Below, piece after piece: positions 51,005 to 61,773 of a stretch of 64,000 nucleotides of DNA; position 1 is the stretch's first letter, and every line of letters begins with the position of its first letter. A model generated the notes under the pieces. The model was not told where the DNA came from. It did not search any database and worked only from the letters and a program-made list of their open reading frames with translations. The position numbers and the translations under genes are program-made. Source of the stretch: Deltaproteobacteria bacterium (GTDB lineage Bacteria; Myxococcota; UBA727; VGSZ01); NCBI GenBank assembly GCA_016874845.1, contig VGSZ01000004.1, positions 1,980-65,979 of the forward strand, written 5' to 3'.

Positions 51005-52416
51005 CAGAAGCGGAAGTACAGGAAGGGGTTGTACGTGCGGCCCACCAGCAGCGCGACGGCGAGCAGCAGCAGCAGCACGTCGACGACGGCGGTGACGACG
51101 GCGTCGGTGGCGACGCCGCGGCGCTGTCGCAGGGCCGCGCGTGCAGCGTCGACGGCCCGGCCGGGCAGGGGGGTACAGAGCAGCGCGGCGACGACGAGCC
51201 ACGTCGCGTGGGTCGTCAGCGTCGTCGCCAGCGCCTCGGGCGCGAGCGGGCCGGGGGCGAGGCCGGCGGCGGCGGCGAAGAACAGCCGCAGGCGGTGCAG
51301 GTCGGTGAAGTAGAACAGCGCCCAGCCGACGACGACGACGAGCAGCAGCCACGCGTGCTGCAGCGCGCGCGGCAGGCGCTCGAGCGCGCGGCGCACGAAG
51401 AGCCGCTCGAGGGCGATGAGCGCGCCGTGAAAGAGCCCCCAGAGCACGAAGTTCCACGAGGCGCCGTGCCACAGCCCGGTGAGCCCCCAGACGACGAAGA
51501 GGTTGCGGGTGGGGTGGCGGTGCTTGCCGCCCAGCGGGATGTACACGTAGTCGCGAAAGAACGAGCCGAGGCTGATGTGCCAGCGGCGCCAGAAGTCGGT
51601 GACCGAGCGCGCCGCGTAGGGGTGGTCGAAGTTCTCGAGATAGTGGAACCCGATCATGCGGCCCATGCCGATGGCCATGTCCGAGTAGCCCGAGAAGTCG
51701 AAGTAGATCTGCAGCGTGTACATCGCGAGGCCGAACCACGCGTGGGCGGCGGGCAGCGCCGTCAGGTCGCCATCGAGGTGGCGGGCGACGAGCTCGCCGG
51801 CGACGTTGGCGAGCAGGACCTTCTTGCCGAGGCCCACGCAGAAGCGCGAGGCGCCCTCGAGCAGGCCGCTCCGCGTGACGACGCGGTGATCGATGTCGTG
51901 GGCGACGTCGGCGTAGCGGACGATGGGGCCGGCGACGAGCTGGTGGAACAGGCTGACGAACAGGAGGAACTTGTCGAAGCGCGGCTGCGCCCGCACGTCG
52001 CCGCGCCAGACGTCGACGACGTAGCTGATCGTCTGGAACGTGTAGAACGAGATGCCCACCGGCAGGCTGAAGCCCGGCGACCGCAGCGACAGGCCGGTCA
52101 GCGCGTTCGTCGTCGCCGTGATCAGGTCGGCGTACTTGAAGCTGCCGAGCAGCAGCAGGTTCAGGGCGAGGGACACGACCAGCGCCACGGTGGCCGCCCG
52201 TCGCCCGCGCCACCGGTCAATGACCAGCGCCGCGGTCCAGTCCGACAGGCTCGACAGCAACAACAGCGAGATCCACACCGGCTCGCCCCACGCGTAGAAC
52301 AGCAGCGAGAACGCCGTCAGCAGCGCGTTGCGCGTGCCCTGCGTGTTGGCCAGCGCGTAGGTGACGAGCGACAGCGGCAGGAACAGCGCGAGGAACGTCA
52401 GGCTCGCAAAGACCAA
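51004..52416 (-). CDS. MBOAT-family membrane-bound O-acyltransferase (AlgI/DltB-like)
   Basis: Multi-TM. Conserved MBOAT His region (FWRRWHISLGSFFRDYVYIPLGG ... LWHGASWNFVLWG). Probable TTG start at 52416, 6 nt after an AGGAGG Shine-Dalgarno. Confidence 0.85.
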   Translation of the reverse strand: MVFASLTFLALFLPLSLVTYALANTQGTRNALLTAFSLLFYAWGEPVWISLLLLSSLSDWTAALVIDRWRGRRAATVALVVSLALNLLLLGSFKYADLITATTNALTGLSLRSPGFSLPVGISFYTFQTISYVVDVWRGDVRAQPRFDKFLLFVSLFHQLVAGPIVRYADVAHDIDHRVVTRSGLLEGASRFCVGLGKKVLLANVAGELVARHLDGDLTALPAAHAWFGLAMYTLQIYFDFSGYSDMAIGMGRMIGFHYLENFDHPYAARSVTDFWRRWHISLGSFFRDYVYIPLGGKHRHPTRNLFVVWGLTGLWHGASWNFVLWGLFHGALIALERLFVRRALERLPRALQHAWLLLVVVVGWALFYFTDLHRLRLFFAAAAGLAPGPLAPEALATTLTTHATWLVVAALLCTPLPGRAVDAARAALRQRRGVATDAVVTAVVDVLLLLLAVALLVGRTYNPFLYFRF

Positions 52417-52527
52417 TGACGACCTCCTGCGGCGGGAGCGCGCGCTGCGGGCGCGCAGCATCGCCCAGGTGGGTCGTCGACGCGAGGTCCAGGCGCGTCG
52501 CTGGCAGCTTGGCGCCGCCCCGCCGGC

Positions 52528-54303
52528 TCACTGCGCCGGCAACTCCATGCACAGCGACTGCGCTGGCATCCCCGCGGCGCAGAAGTGTTCGCGCACCGTC
52601 GCGCGCAGCGTGGCGTCGGCGGGGAGCCCGCGCGTCGCCTGCCACAGGTGCGGCTCGGCGTCGACGCGGCGACCTTCGGTCAGCAGCGCGAGTCCGACGG
52701 CGCGGTGCGCCTTGGCATCGCCGCCGCCCAGGGCGCGCGCGGTGGCCAACGCGTCCTCGGCGTCGGCGTCGCCCACGGCGAGGGCCGACGCCGCCAGATA
52801 GAGCCATGCGTCGGTGTGACGGGGGGCAGCGCGCGTGGCCTCGCGCAGCTCGACGGTGGCTTCGGCGTGGCGACCGCCGCGGGCCAGCACCCGGCCCAGC
52901 ATCAGCCGCACGAACGCGTCGTCGGGGCGGAGCGCGACGCCCGTGCGCGCCTCCTCTTCGGCGATGGCGAGCTCGCGCGACGCCAGCGCGATCCCCGCGA
53001 GGTAGCCATGCGCGATCGCGTTGTCGGGCTCGACGGCGACCGTGTGGGCGAACAGGTCCCAGGACCGCGACCACACCGACGACTGCGCGACGCTTACGGC
53101 GGCGAGCATCGCGAGGATCGCCGCCGACCCCGGCGCGAGGACGCGCGCTCGCCTGGCCCAGACCCGCTCCAGGCCGAGGCCAAGCGCCACCGCTGCACCG
53201 ACGGATGGCAGATAGGTGTAGCGGTCGGCCCGCGCGGCGACGCCGATCTGGATGATGCCCGCCACGGGCGCGAGCACGACGAGGAACCACAGCGTGCACG
53301 CGATCCACGCGCGCTCGCGGCGGCGCAGCCACGGCAGCGCGCTCGCGACGACGGCGACGAAGACGACGAGCACGGCGATCACGACGATGGACGCGGGCCA
53401 TCCCCCGCGGGGGAGCCCGTAGAGGACCGCGAGATCACGCGGCGCGACGAGGTCTTCGCCGTAGCGCGCGAGGGCGACCACCAAGTTGCCGAGCCGCGCG
53501 GCCGGCGCGAGCACCTCGCCCGTGTCGATCGCCGGCTGCTGCGCACCGAGCGTGACGAGCGCGAGCCCGACGGCGCCGAGCGCCACGGGTGCCCAGGCGA
53601 CGACGCCGGCGCGCGGGCGGACGGCGCTGCCCCCCGTGGCCCGGGCCTGCACGGCGACGGGCCACCACGCCACCAACGGCAGGACCGCCGGCAACGTGAC
53701 TGCCATCGGCTTCGCCAGCATCGCGAGCGTCGCGCAGATCCACAGCAGCGCGCGGTCGCTGCTCCGTCCGTGACGCAGGAAGCGGACCCAGACGACGACG
53801 GCGAGCAGGTAGAACAGCGCGCAGAGCACGTCCTTGCGCTCGGAGACCCACACGACCGACTCCACCCGCAGCGGGTGCACGCCCCACCACAGCGCCGCGA
53901 TCAGCGCGACGGCGGCGCGCCCCCCGACCCCCGCGACCAACACGGCGACCACCGCCACGACCGCGGCGTGCAGGCTGGCGTTCACCAGATGGTGCACCGC
54001 CGGGCCGCCGCCGAGCAGCGTGACGTCGGCCATGTACGAGAGCCACGTCAGCGGGTGCCAGTTCGCCTGCGTCCACGTCGAAAACGCCCAGCCGACGCCG
54101 TCGAGGGTGAGCCCAGCGACGACGTGGGGATCGCCGACGTAGGCCCAGTCGTCGAAGTTCACGAGCCCGAAGCGCGCGGCCGGCGCAAACACCGCGAACG
54201 ACAAGAGCGCAGCGAGCACGGCTGCGGCGCGTGCGCCGGCCACAGGCAGGGGCGGCTCCGCGGCGTGGACGTCATCCGAAGGGCTCACGTCGGCAGTATG
54301 CAT
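52528..54303 (-). CDS. TMTC/PMT-like GT-C fold membrane glycosyltransferase-like protein with C-terminal TPR repeats
   Basis: N-terminal 9-11 TM helices with the NFDDW acidic loop motif typical of the TMTC/ArnT/PMT superfamily. C-terminal TPR units. Start at MHTADVSP (54303). Confidence 0.65.
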   Translation of the reverse strand: MHTADVSPSDDVHAAEPPLPVAGARAAAVLAALLSFAVFAPAARFGLVNFDDWAYVGDPHVVAGLTLDGVGWAFSTWTQANWHPLTWLSYMADVTLLGGGPAVHHLVNASLHAAVVAVVAVLVAGVGGRAAVALIAALWWGVHPLRVESVVWVSERKDVLCALFYLLAVVVWVRFLRHGRSSDRALLWICATLAMLAKPMAVTLPAVLPLVAWWPVAVQARATGGSAVRPRAGVVAWAPVALGAVGLALVTLGAQQPAIDTGEVLAPAARLGNLVVALARYGEDLVAPRDLAVLYGLPRGGWPASIVVIAVLVVFVAVVASALPWLRRRERAWIACTLWFLVVLAPVAGIIQIGVAARADRYTYLPSVGAAVALGLGLERVWARRARVLAPGSAAILAMLAAVSVAQSSVWSRSWDLFAHTVAVEPDNAIAHGYLAGIALASRELAIAEEEARTGVALRPDDAFVRLMLGRVLARGGRHAEATVELREATRAAPRHTDAWLYLAASALAVGDADAEDALATARALGGGDAKAHRAVGLALLTEGRRVDAEPHLWQATRGLPADATLRATVREHFCAAGMPAQSLCMELPAQ

Positions 54304-54406
54304 GGCGGCCGTCCCACGCGGGATACCACCCAGCCGACGGAAGACCATGCGCAGGAGCGCGCTCCGCGCCCACGGTGTGTGGGGCCGCCGCCGCCGACCG
54401 GGCGCG

Positions 54407-55348
54407 TCAGCCCGGACGGGTCGTCGTCGTCGACGTCGTCAGCGTCTGCAGCGCTGCGGCCATGCGGGCGAGCTCCACCGCGGCCTGCAGCGATGTCGCG
54501 GCGCCCGTCGAGGTGCGGCGCGACGCGGCGGCGACGGACTGGATCGCGGCCGCGATCGGCGTCGTGCCCTGCGCACCCTCGGCGAGGTTGCGGCTCATCT
54601 CGTTGGTCGTAGCCGTCTGCTCCTCGACGGCGGCGGCGATGGTCGTCTGCAGCTCGGAGATCTGGTTCACGACCTCCTGGAGGCGCGCGATGGACGCCAC
54701 CGTTGCCTGCGTGTCGGCCTGGATGGCTTCGACGCGCCGGCCGATGTCCTCGGTGGCGGCGGCGGTCTCGCGCGCGAGCTCCTTCACCTCGCCGGCGACG
54801 ACGGCGAAGCCGCGGCCGGCGACGCCGGCGCGGCCGGCCTCGATGGTGGCGTTCAGCGCGAGCAGCCGGGTCTGCTGGGCGATGCTCGTGATGATCCGCA
54901 GGACCTTGCCGATCTCGGTGCTGCTGTGCCCGAGGCTGGTCACCCGCTCGTTGCTGCGCGCGCTCTCGGCGACGACAAGCGCGGCGACGCGGGCGGCGTC
55001 GGCGGCGTTCTTCACGATCTCGCGGATCGTGAGCGACATCTCCTCGGTGCCGGCCGCCAGCGTGTGCATGTTGCCGGTCAGCTGCTCGGCCGACGTCGCC
55101 ACCTTCACCGCCTGCTCCGAGGCCTCGGCGGCGTCGTGCTGCATCGCCTCGCTGTTGTCGCGCAGCGCGTCCGACGCCAGCGACAGGCCGCCGGCGCTGC
55201 GGGCGCTCTCGTCCTTTTGCTTCTTCAGCGCGTCGGCGTGCGCGTGCCTCTGCTTGTTCGCGGCGTTGATGACGCTGGTGGCGTGCCGGAGCGTCCCCGG
55301 CTTCCCGAGCACCTCGTCCTCGGTGTCGCCGGCAACCCTCAGGACCAA
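54407..55348 (-). CDS. Soluble methyl-accepting chemotaxis protein (MCP signalling domain only)
   Basis: Highly conserved MCP tip LLALNATIEAGRAGVAGRGFAVVAGEVKELA. No TM or sensor domain. 313 aa. Confidence 0.8.
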   Translation of the reverse strand: MVLRVAGDTEDEVLGKPGTLRHATSVINAANKQRHAHADALKKQKDESARSAGGLSLASDALRDNSEAMQHDAAEASEQAVKVATSAEQLTGNMHTLAAGTEEMSLTIREIVKNAADAARVAALVVAESARSNERVTSLGHSSTEIGKVLRIITSIAQQTRLLALNATIEAGRAGVAGRGFAVVAGEVKELARETAAATEDIGRRVEAIQADTQATVASIARLQEVVNQISELQTTIAAAVEEQTATTNEMSRNLAEGAQGTTPIAAAIQSVAAASRRTSTGAATSLQAAVELARMAAALQTLTTSTTTTRPG

Positions 55349-55608
55349 GTGGTTGGCGTAGGTGATGCGCCCCCCCGCGTGTCGGTCTTCGACACGATGC
55401 TCTCCTCACGGTCGGAGTACCGCTCGATCCCCGTCGGACGGCGCGCGCCCGGTGTCTCGTCTCGTGTGTCCACCATCGTGCCTCCACGCGTGCGGATCGC
55501 CGTATAGGTCTGGCGCTCTGTCTGCCGGCGGACGGCCCCACCCCGTCCCTCTCCGCGGCGCGACGTCGCGCCCCGGGCCGCTCGACCGCGTCCCAGCCCC
55601 AAAGACGA

Positions 55609-55640
55609 GACGGCGCCCGACCGTCAGGTGGGGCGCCGTC
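55609..55640 (-). terminator. rpoZ terminator hairpin
   Basis: gacggcgccc / gggcgccgtc 10-bp stem with a 12-nt loop. On the minus strand it is followed by UCUCGUCUUUGGGG, about 60 nt downstream of the rpoZ stop. Confidence 0.55.
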
Positions 55641-55702
55641 GTCGACGACACACGTTCAGCTGCCGTCGTACCGGTCGTCCGACCGGGCCTCAGCGACCGC
55701 CG

Positions 55703-55966
55703 TCAGACCGGCATGCCGTGCGCGGCCTCGTATTCGGCCTGCAGCTCGGACAGCCGGCGCGCCAGCACCGTCTTCACCGGACGGTCGAACTTGACCTTGC
55801 CGGCGGCGATCTCGCGCAGCGAGATGACCGGCTCCTTGTTCTTCTCGTTTTGCACGAGGGACCGGCTGCCCTTCATCAGCTGGCGGGCACGGCCCGTGGC
55901 GAGCAACACGAGGGCGAAGCGGTTGTCGAGCTCGACCAGACAGTCTTCGACGGTGACGCGGGCCAT
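55703..55966 (-). CDS. rpoZ: DNA-directed RNA polymerase subunit omega
   Basis: [30 protein letters not shown] is the canonical RpoZ N-terminus. 87 aa. Confidence 0.92.
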   Translation of the reverse strand: MARVTVEDCLVELDNRFALVLLATGRARQLMKGSRSLVQNEKNKEPVISLREIAAGKVKFDRPVKTVLARRLSELQAEYEAAHGMPV

Positions 55967-56053
55967 GGATCCCTCCAGAGGCAGAGTACGCAGGCCCGTC
56001 GGTTACCCCGCGCTGCGGACGGGGGCAAGCGGCCGTGCGGATCCGGCCGGCGT

Positions 56054-58789
56054 TCAGCGGGCCTCGGTCAGGGTCTTCTGCTCGGCCATCCACCAGTGCT
56101 GCCACTCCTGCGCCGCGCGCGCCCGCTCCGCCGCATCACCGTCGGGCCGGTAGCCGAAGTCCGCGCCCACGGCTCCGCGCAGGTCCTCGCAGGCCATCCG
56201 CCGCAACGCTGCGTCGTCGCTGTCGAGCGCTGCGATCAACCAGTCGACCCGCGACCGCTTCTTCGCGCTGCCCCACCAGCGCCGCCACGGCCGCGCCTGT
56301 GGGCCGTGGTCCTGCAGCGTGATCGCCCGCAGCGACAGCGAGGCCGCCGCGCCCAACGGGCCCCTCAGCTGTTCGATGAGCAACGGCACCGCGCCCACGT
56401 CGCGGAACACGCCGAGCAGCTCGACGGCCCGCCGTCGGCTCTCGGTGGCCACCATCCGCTCGGTCAACACCCGCTCCCGCAGCCGCGCCAACAACCGCTC
56501 GAAGCGCTTGTGCCCCGACCACGGTGCGATCGCCTCGACGGCGAGGGCCCGCACGCGCGCGTCGGCGTCGTACAGGCGGGGCAACAACACGTCGACGGCC
56601 CGCACGTCGGGGACCGCGACGAAGAGCGCCACGGCGGCGCACCGGTGGGGCGCCTGCCGGCTCTCGAGGTGCTCGAGCGCGGCCTCCAGCCCAGGCCGGC
56701 CCAGACGCGCAAGCACCCCGAGCAGGGGCCCCCAATCACCGACCGCCGCGCCGGCCGGCGACCCGTCGAGGGGATTGATCCGCAGACGACCGGGGAAGCG
56801 CTCGGTCAAGGCGGGCAGCGCCGCCGCGCCCCGTGCGTACAGGGCCTGCGCCGCCGTGGCGACGTCGCCTTCGTCGTCGCCGAACAGACGCTCCACCAGC
56901 GCCACCGCCGTCGGCGCCCTGGCCGCCAGCGCCGGTGGGACCGACAGGGGCGCCGAGGCCGGCAGCGAGCCCGGCGTCGAGGCCGTGGGCGACGTCCGAT
57001 CGACCCCGTCGAAGAGCCCGGCCAGCGGCGACGCGGTCGCCTTCGTCGTCGTCGCGGCGGTCGCGGCGGTCGCCGCCGGCGCCTCCCTGTCGACGGGCCA
57101 CCAGGGGTCGCTGTCATCCACCGCGTCGCCGGCAAGGTCGCTCGCGATGGTGCGCCGCAGGGCCGCCTGCCACGCGTCGGGCGCCGCATCGTCATCGAGG
57201 CGGAACAGCGCCGGCACCGGGATGTCGACGACGTCGACGCGCGCCGTAGGGCCTCTCGTCGGCAGCGGGCGCGCGAGCAGCAACCCGGCCTCGACCCCGT
57301 CCTCCGCGACGAGCGGCGCCGCACTCGTCAGGCGCCGCGCGAACGGGCTCGTGCCGTCGAGCGTCGACGTACGGACCACCCGCGGCGGCGCGAGCAGCGA
57401 AGCCGTCGCCGGCTCCGCCGGGGCGACGGGCGTCGTCGCGTTGTCATCGACCCCGGGCTGCCCGCCGTCGTCGCCGACCGGCAGGGGCGCCGTCGTCGCC
57501 GACGGCCGGGGCGGCAGCGCCTGTGCGCTCGGCGGCGCCATCGCCGTGGCGGGCGTCGGCGGCGACGACGACGACGGCGTGGGGAACAGCGACGGGTGCT
57601 GTCGTTGGCGCTGGCGCAGGAGCGCCTCGAACGCGCTGCCCAGCCGCGCGCCGAAGGCGACGAGCTCCCCCAACTCGGCGGCCGCGCGCTCGCGCGGTCC
57701 GCCGTCGGCCCACAGCGCTGCGACGACGCGCCCGCCGACGGACACCGGCAGCACCAGCGCCGTCCGTGGACGCGGTCGGCCGAGCCAGCCAAGGAACGCG
57801 TCGTTGGCGGGGCTCACGGGCACGCGCCCAAGGAACGGCGCTGCCGATGACAGCACCGGCGCGAGCAGCACGCCCGCCGGCAGCCGCAGCGGCTGCGCCG
57901 GAAACAGCGCCCCCTCGGCGAGACCGGAGCGACGCCACCCGAACAGCGTGCCGTCACGCACCCCGAACAGCGCCGCGAAGGGCAGGAACCGCCGCGCGTA
58001 GGCCACAGCCACCCGCGCGATGCCCTCGCGTCCGTCCTGCGCGGCGAGGTTCGCCAGCGCCTCGACGAGGTCCCAGGTCGCCGCGTCGCCGCCGTGGTCG
58101 TCGGCCTGGGGCGGCCGCGCCGCCGGGGACCCCGCGGTCGCGCTCGCGCCGTGGACCCTCGCGTCGCCGACCGTGGCGCCGGCCGCATCGCCGGTCGCGT
58201 CGCCGGTCGCGCTGTCCGTGCCCGCGGCCCGGCCATTCGTCGCCGCGCCGTCGAGCAGCCGCCGCAGCGCGACGAAGCGGCCCGACAGCGGCGCCCCGAA
58301 CGCGCGATGCAGACCGACCCGCAGCCGCACCTCGGGCACCGCGTGGGCGACGACGCGCAGTGGCAGCAGCGATGCCAGCTCGGCGCACAGGGCGTCGTCG
58401 ACGGGGCTGGCGCAGGCGACGTGCAGGGTGGCCTGCCCGCCGTCCTCGTCGACGAACAGCGGCAGCAGCCCCATGGCGGTGGCCATGCGTGCCGGCAGCC
58501 GGCGCACCGCGTCGTCTTTGGGGGCGGCGAGCACGGCGCCGTCGACGGGGGCAGTGTCGTTGGCGACGGCGAGGGCGCGGGTCACCTCGGCCTCGGTGGC
58601 GACGCCGAGCTCGAGCACCAGCGTGTCGAGCACGCCGCCGTGCACGAGCTGCTGCTGCACCAGCTGCTCGAGCGTCGTCGGCGGCAGGCGCGCGGCGCCG
58701 ACGATGTCGCGCAGCGCGCGCAGGAACGGGGAGTCGAGCCGGCTCGTCAACGTCGTCATCGCCTCACGGAAGGAGCCACGGTTTCCCAC
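56054..58789 (-). CDS. Multidomain regulatory protein: MshEN/GspE_N-like N-domain, GAF-like region, C-terminal HEAT (PBS-lyase type) repeats
   Basis: N-terminal LELGVATEAEVTRALAV...LPLFVDEDGGQATLHVACASPVD (T2SS E N-terminal-like). C-terminal repeated ARVRALAVEAI...ALRRMACEDL HEAT-like units. 911 aa. Confidence 0.7.
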   Translation of the reverse strand: MGNRGSFREAMTTLTSRLDSPFLRALRDIVGAARLPPTTLEQLVQQQLVHGGVLDTLVLELGVATEAEVTRALAVANDTAPVDGAVLAAPKDDAVRRLPARMATAMGLLPLFVDEDGGQATLHVACASPVDDALCAELASLLPLRVVAHAVPEVRLRVGLHRAFGAPLSGRFVALRRLLDGAATNGRAAGTDSATGDATGDAAGATVGDARVHGASATAGSPAARPPQADDHGGDAATWDLVEALANLAAQDGREGIARVAVAYARRFLPFAALFGVRDGTLFGWRRSGLAEGALFPAQPLRLPAGVLLAPVLSSAAPFLGRVPVSPANDAFLGWLGRPRPRTALVLPVSVGGRVVAALWADGGPRERAAAELGELVAFGARLGSAFEALLRQRQRQHPSLFPTPSSSSPPTPATAMAPPSAQALPPRPSATTAPLPVGDDGGQPGVDDNATTPVAPAEPATASLLAPPRVVRTSTLDGTSPFARRLTSAAPLVAEDGVEAGLLLARPLPTRGPTARVDVVDIPVPALFRLDDDAAPDAWQAALRRTIASDLAGDAVDDSDPWWPVDREAPAATAATAATTTKATASPLAGLFDGVDRTSPTASTPGSLPASAPLSVPPALAARAPTAVALVERLFGDDEGDVATAAQALYARGAAALPALTERFPGRLRINPLDGSPAGAAVGDWGPLLGVLARLGRPGLEAALEHLESRQAPHRCAAVALFVAVPDVRAVDVLLPRLYDADARVRALAVEAIAPWSGHKRFERLLARLRERVLTERMVATESRRRAVELLGVFRDVGAVPLLIEQLRGPLGAAASLSLRAITLQDHGPQARPWRRWWGSAKKRSRVDWLIAALDSDDAALRRMACEDLRGAVGADFGYRPDGDAAERARAAQEWQHWWMAEQKTLTEAR

Positions 58790-58850
58790 GCCGCCGCCGT
58801 CGGTTTCAACCGCGACGGTGTCGGTGTCGCGGCGCGCGTCGGGCGCCCCT

Positions 58851-60247
58851 TCACGGCCCGGCGGTGACCTTCAGCCCGTCGACGAGCACGGGCGGGCAGT
58901 CGACGGTGACGAGCCGTCGCAGGTTGGCGCCGCGCTCGACGACGCGCGGCAGCAGATCGAAGACGTTGCCGGCGATGAGCGTCTCCTGCACCGGCCAGGC
59001 GCGTCGGCCGCCCTTCACGGCGAAGCTCGCCTTGGCCACGCCCGAGAAGTCGCCCGAGACCTCGTCGACGTCGCCCGAGAAGCGCCCGATCCACAGGCCC
59101 GAGCCGAGCGTCGCCAGCAGCGCGTCGTCGTCCAGGGTGCCGGGCTGCAGGCGCACGTTGGTCAGGCCGACGCCGGGCAGCGTGCGCGCCGAGCCCTCAG
59201 CGTGGCCGGTGGGCGGCCGCCCGGCGCGCTTCGCCGCGCGGCCGTCGTAGACGAAGTGGTGCAGCACGCCGTCGCCGACGAGCACGGTGCGGCGGTGGGG
59301 CAGACCTTCGCGATCGAACGGCGCCGAGCCGTTGCCGCCGGGCAGGGTGCCGTCGTCGACGAGGGTGAAGCCGCGGGCGGCGATGCGCGCGCCGAGCTTG
59401 TCCTTCAGCCGGCTCTTGCCCTTGCGTACGGCGTCGCCGTCGACGCTGGCCGACAGCGCGGCGAGGAAGACCTCGTCGAAGGCCGCGGGCGAGAAGATCG
59501 CGGGTCCGGTGAACGACCGCCCCGCCCTGGGCTTCAGCAGCGACAGCGCGCGCTGGGCGAATTCGCGGCCGCTCGCCTCAACGTCGATGGCGTCGAAGTC
59601 GCGCACCGCCTCGGAGACGTTCTCGAAGCTACCGACGTCGTCGCCGTCGACGGCCATGCCGAACAGCCCCCACAGGATCGAGCTGTCGGTGTCCGCCAAC
59701 CGGATGCCGCGCGACGTGGCGAGCGCGACGGTGCCGTGGGCGACGGCGACGTAGCCCGAGTCGATGCTGACCCGCGCGTCGATGTCGCGTGCCGCCTGCA
59801 GCATGCGCGCCGCGAGGCCCACGGCGTCGTCGGCGGACAGCGCCACCACGCGGCGGTCGAGCAGGCCACCGATGGGCCGCACCGGGCGCGGGTCGACGAG
59901 GTCGTTGGCCTCGTCGGGGCTCGAGGCGCGGGCGATGGCCAGCGCGTCGTCGATGGCCTCGTTGAGCGACGCGCTGTCCTTGCGGTTCACGTAGCAGAAG
60001 CCGACGCGGGCATCGGCGCCGGTGCCCGTGATCACGCGGATGCCGAAGGCGGCGTGCTCGGCGGTGGCGGCGCCCTTCAGCTCGTTCTGCTCGAGGCTCG
60101 CGTTGGTCGACACGGCATGCTCGCCCCAGACCTCGGCCTGGGTGGCGCCCTTGTCCAGCGCGCGGCGCAGCACGGTGTCGCAGACGTCGAGGGTCTCCTG
60201 CTCGGTCTGCCGCGCCAGCGTCGTCGGCTCGTCGTGGGGCCGCGTCA
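58851..60247 (-). CDS. pmbA: PmbA/TldE-family metalloprotease-like protein
   Basis: TldD/PmbA family fold downstream of tldD. Start chosen at MTRPHDEPT (60247) for a typical ~460-aa length. The ORF is open to 60359. Confidence 0.75.
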
Positions 60248-60365
60248 TGGCGCCCTGCGCGCCGGGCGCCGTCGTCGCCGTGTTCATCACCGTGCTCCTT
60301 GCCATGCTCATCGCGCTCGTCTTCGCCATCGTGGCGGCCCTCGTGGGGATGGGGTTCACGGGTCC

Positions 60366-61773
60366 TCACTCGGCGTCGGCGCTGCTGCCGCCGGCGAGCA
60401 CGGCGGTGCAGCGGATGTGGGGGCCGCCGGCGTCGACCTTGGCGGGCTGGCCCTTGCCGCAGTAGCCGGAGCCGAGGTCCCACGCGAAGTGGGTGCCGAC
60501 GCGGTCGACGGACCGCAGCACGTCGAAGGCGTTGCCGGTGATGGTGGTACCCCGGTGCAGCGCCCCGAGGCGTCCGCGCGTGATCGGGTAGGCCTCGCCG
60601 ACGACGAACATGAACTCGGCGTTGGCATCGGCCTGCCCGTTCTTGGCGCCGACGAGCAGCCAGCCGTCGTCGGTGTCGGCGATCATGCTCGCGAGCTCGG
60701 TGGTGCCCGGCTCGATGTACGTGTTGCGCATGCGGATGAGCGGCTCGTTGTCGAACTCGAACGCGCGTGCGTTGCCGGTGGGGGCGACGCCGAAGTGGGC
60801 CGCCGTCTCGCGGTTGTGCAGGTAGCTCTTCAGGATCCCGCGCTCGATGATCGTCACCCGCTGGGCTGCCACGCCCTCGTCGTCGACGAGCACGACGCCG
60901 CCGGCGCCGGGCGCGTACTCGCTCTCCCCCGAGTCGCACAGCGTGACCAGCTCGCTCGCCACCGGCTGCCCGAGCTTGCCCGCGGCGGCGCTGCCGGCGA
61001 GCACGAAGTCGGCCTCGACGGTGTGGCCGATGGCCTCGTGCACCAGCAGGCCGACGACGTCGGGCGACAGGATCACCTGCTGCTTGCCGCCGTCGATGTA
61101 GGGCGCGCGCAGCAGGTCGGTGGCCGTCTTCGCGGCGCGGATGGCCATCTCGTCAGCGGAGCGGCGGGCGAACAGGTCGCCGAAGCCGCCGGTGTGCCCC
61201 GCGGCCTCGACACAGCTCTGCAGCTCGCCGGCGCGCTCGGCCACCGCCTGCACGCGGAGCTCGGGCTTGGTGTCGATGATGTGCACGCGGGCGCCGTCCG
61301 ACGTCGCGATCCACTTCTCATCGACCAGCTCGGAGTATTTGCACGAAGACGACGTGATGTGCGCGCCCGCCGCCTTCGCCGCCGCGTCGGTCTGGTGCAC
61401 CAGCGCGATCTTGTCGCTGAGCGACAGCGACGACAACGGCACCCGCGCCGGCGACGTCCACGTGCCCGACGGGAACGGGCACGATGACGGCGCCGCCGCC
61501 TTGACCTTCCGGCCCCGCGCCGCCGCCGCCGCCGCCCGCGTCGCCGCGTCGATGGCGCGCAGCACCGCCGGCAACAACAGCTCGCTGGTGGAGGCGAAGC
61601 CCCAAGCGCCGTCGACGAACGCGCGCACGCCGACGCCGCAGTGCCGCGTCGCCCGCGCCGCCTCGAGTACGCCGTCCTCGACGAGGACCGAGCGCGCCCG
61701 GCGGTCGTGCAGCCGCAGCTCAAGCCAGGGACCAGACGAGCGGGCGAGCGCGGACTCGAGCAGGTCGAGCATC
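60366..61773 (-). CDS. tldD: TldD metalloprotease
   Basis: HEAIGH zinc motif. 469 aa from ATG 61773, preceded by a GGAGGTGATC Shine-Dalgarno. Confidence 0.85.

Noticed and set aside
49346-52213. Single 955-aa ORF spanning the DHHW and MBOAT genes
   Set aside because: Only the C-terminal 552 aa (from MTTSPPP at 51004) are coding-like. The N-terminal 400 aa are an out-of-frame reading of the MBOAT gene, whose own frame (51004..52416) has the MBOAT motifs.
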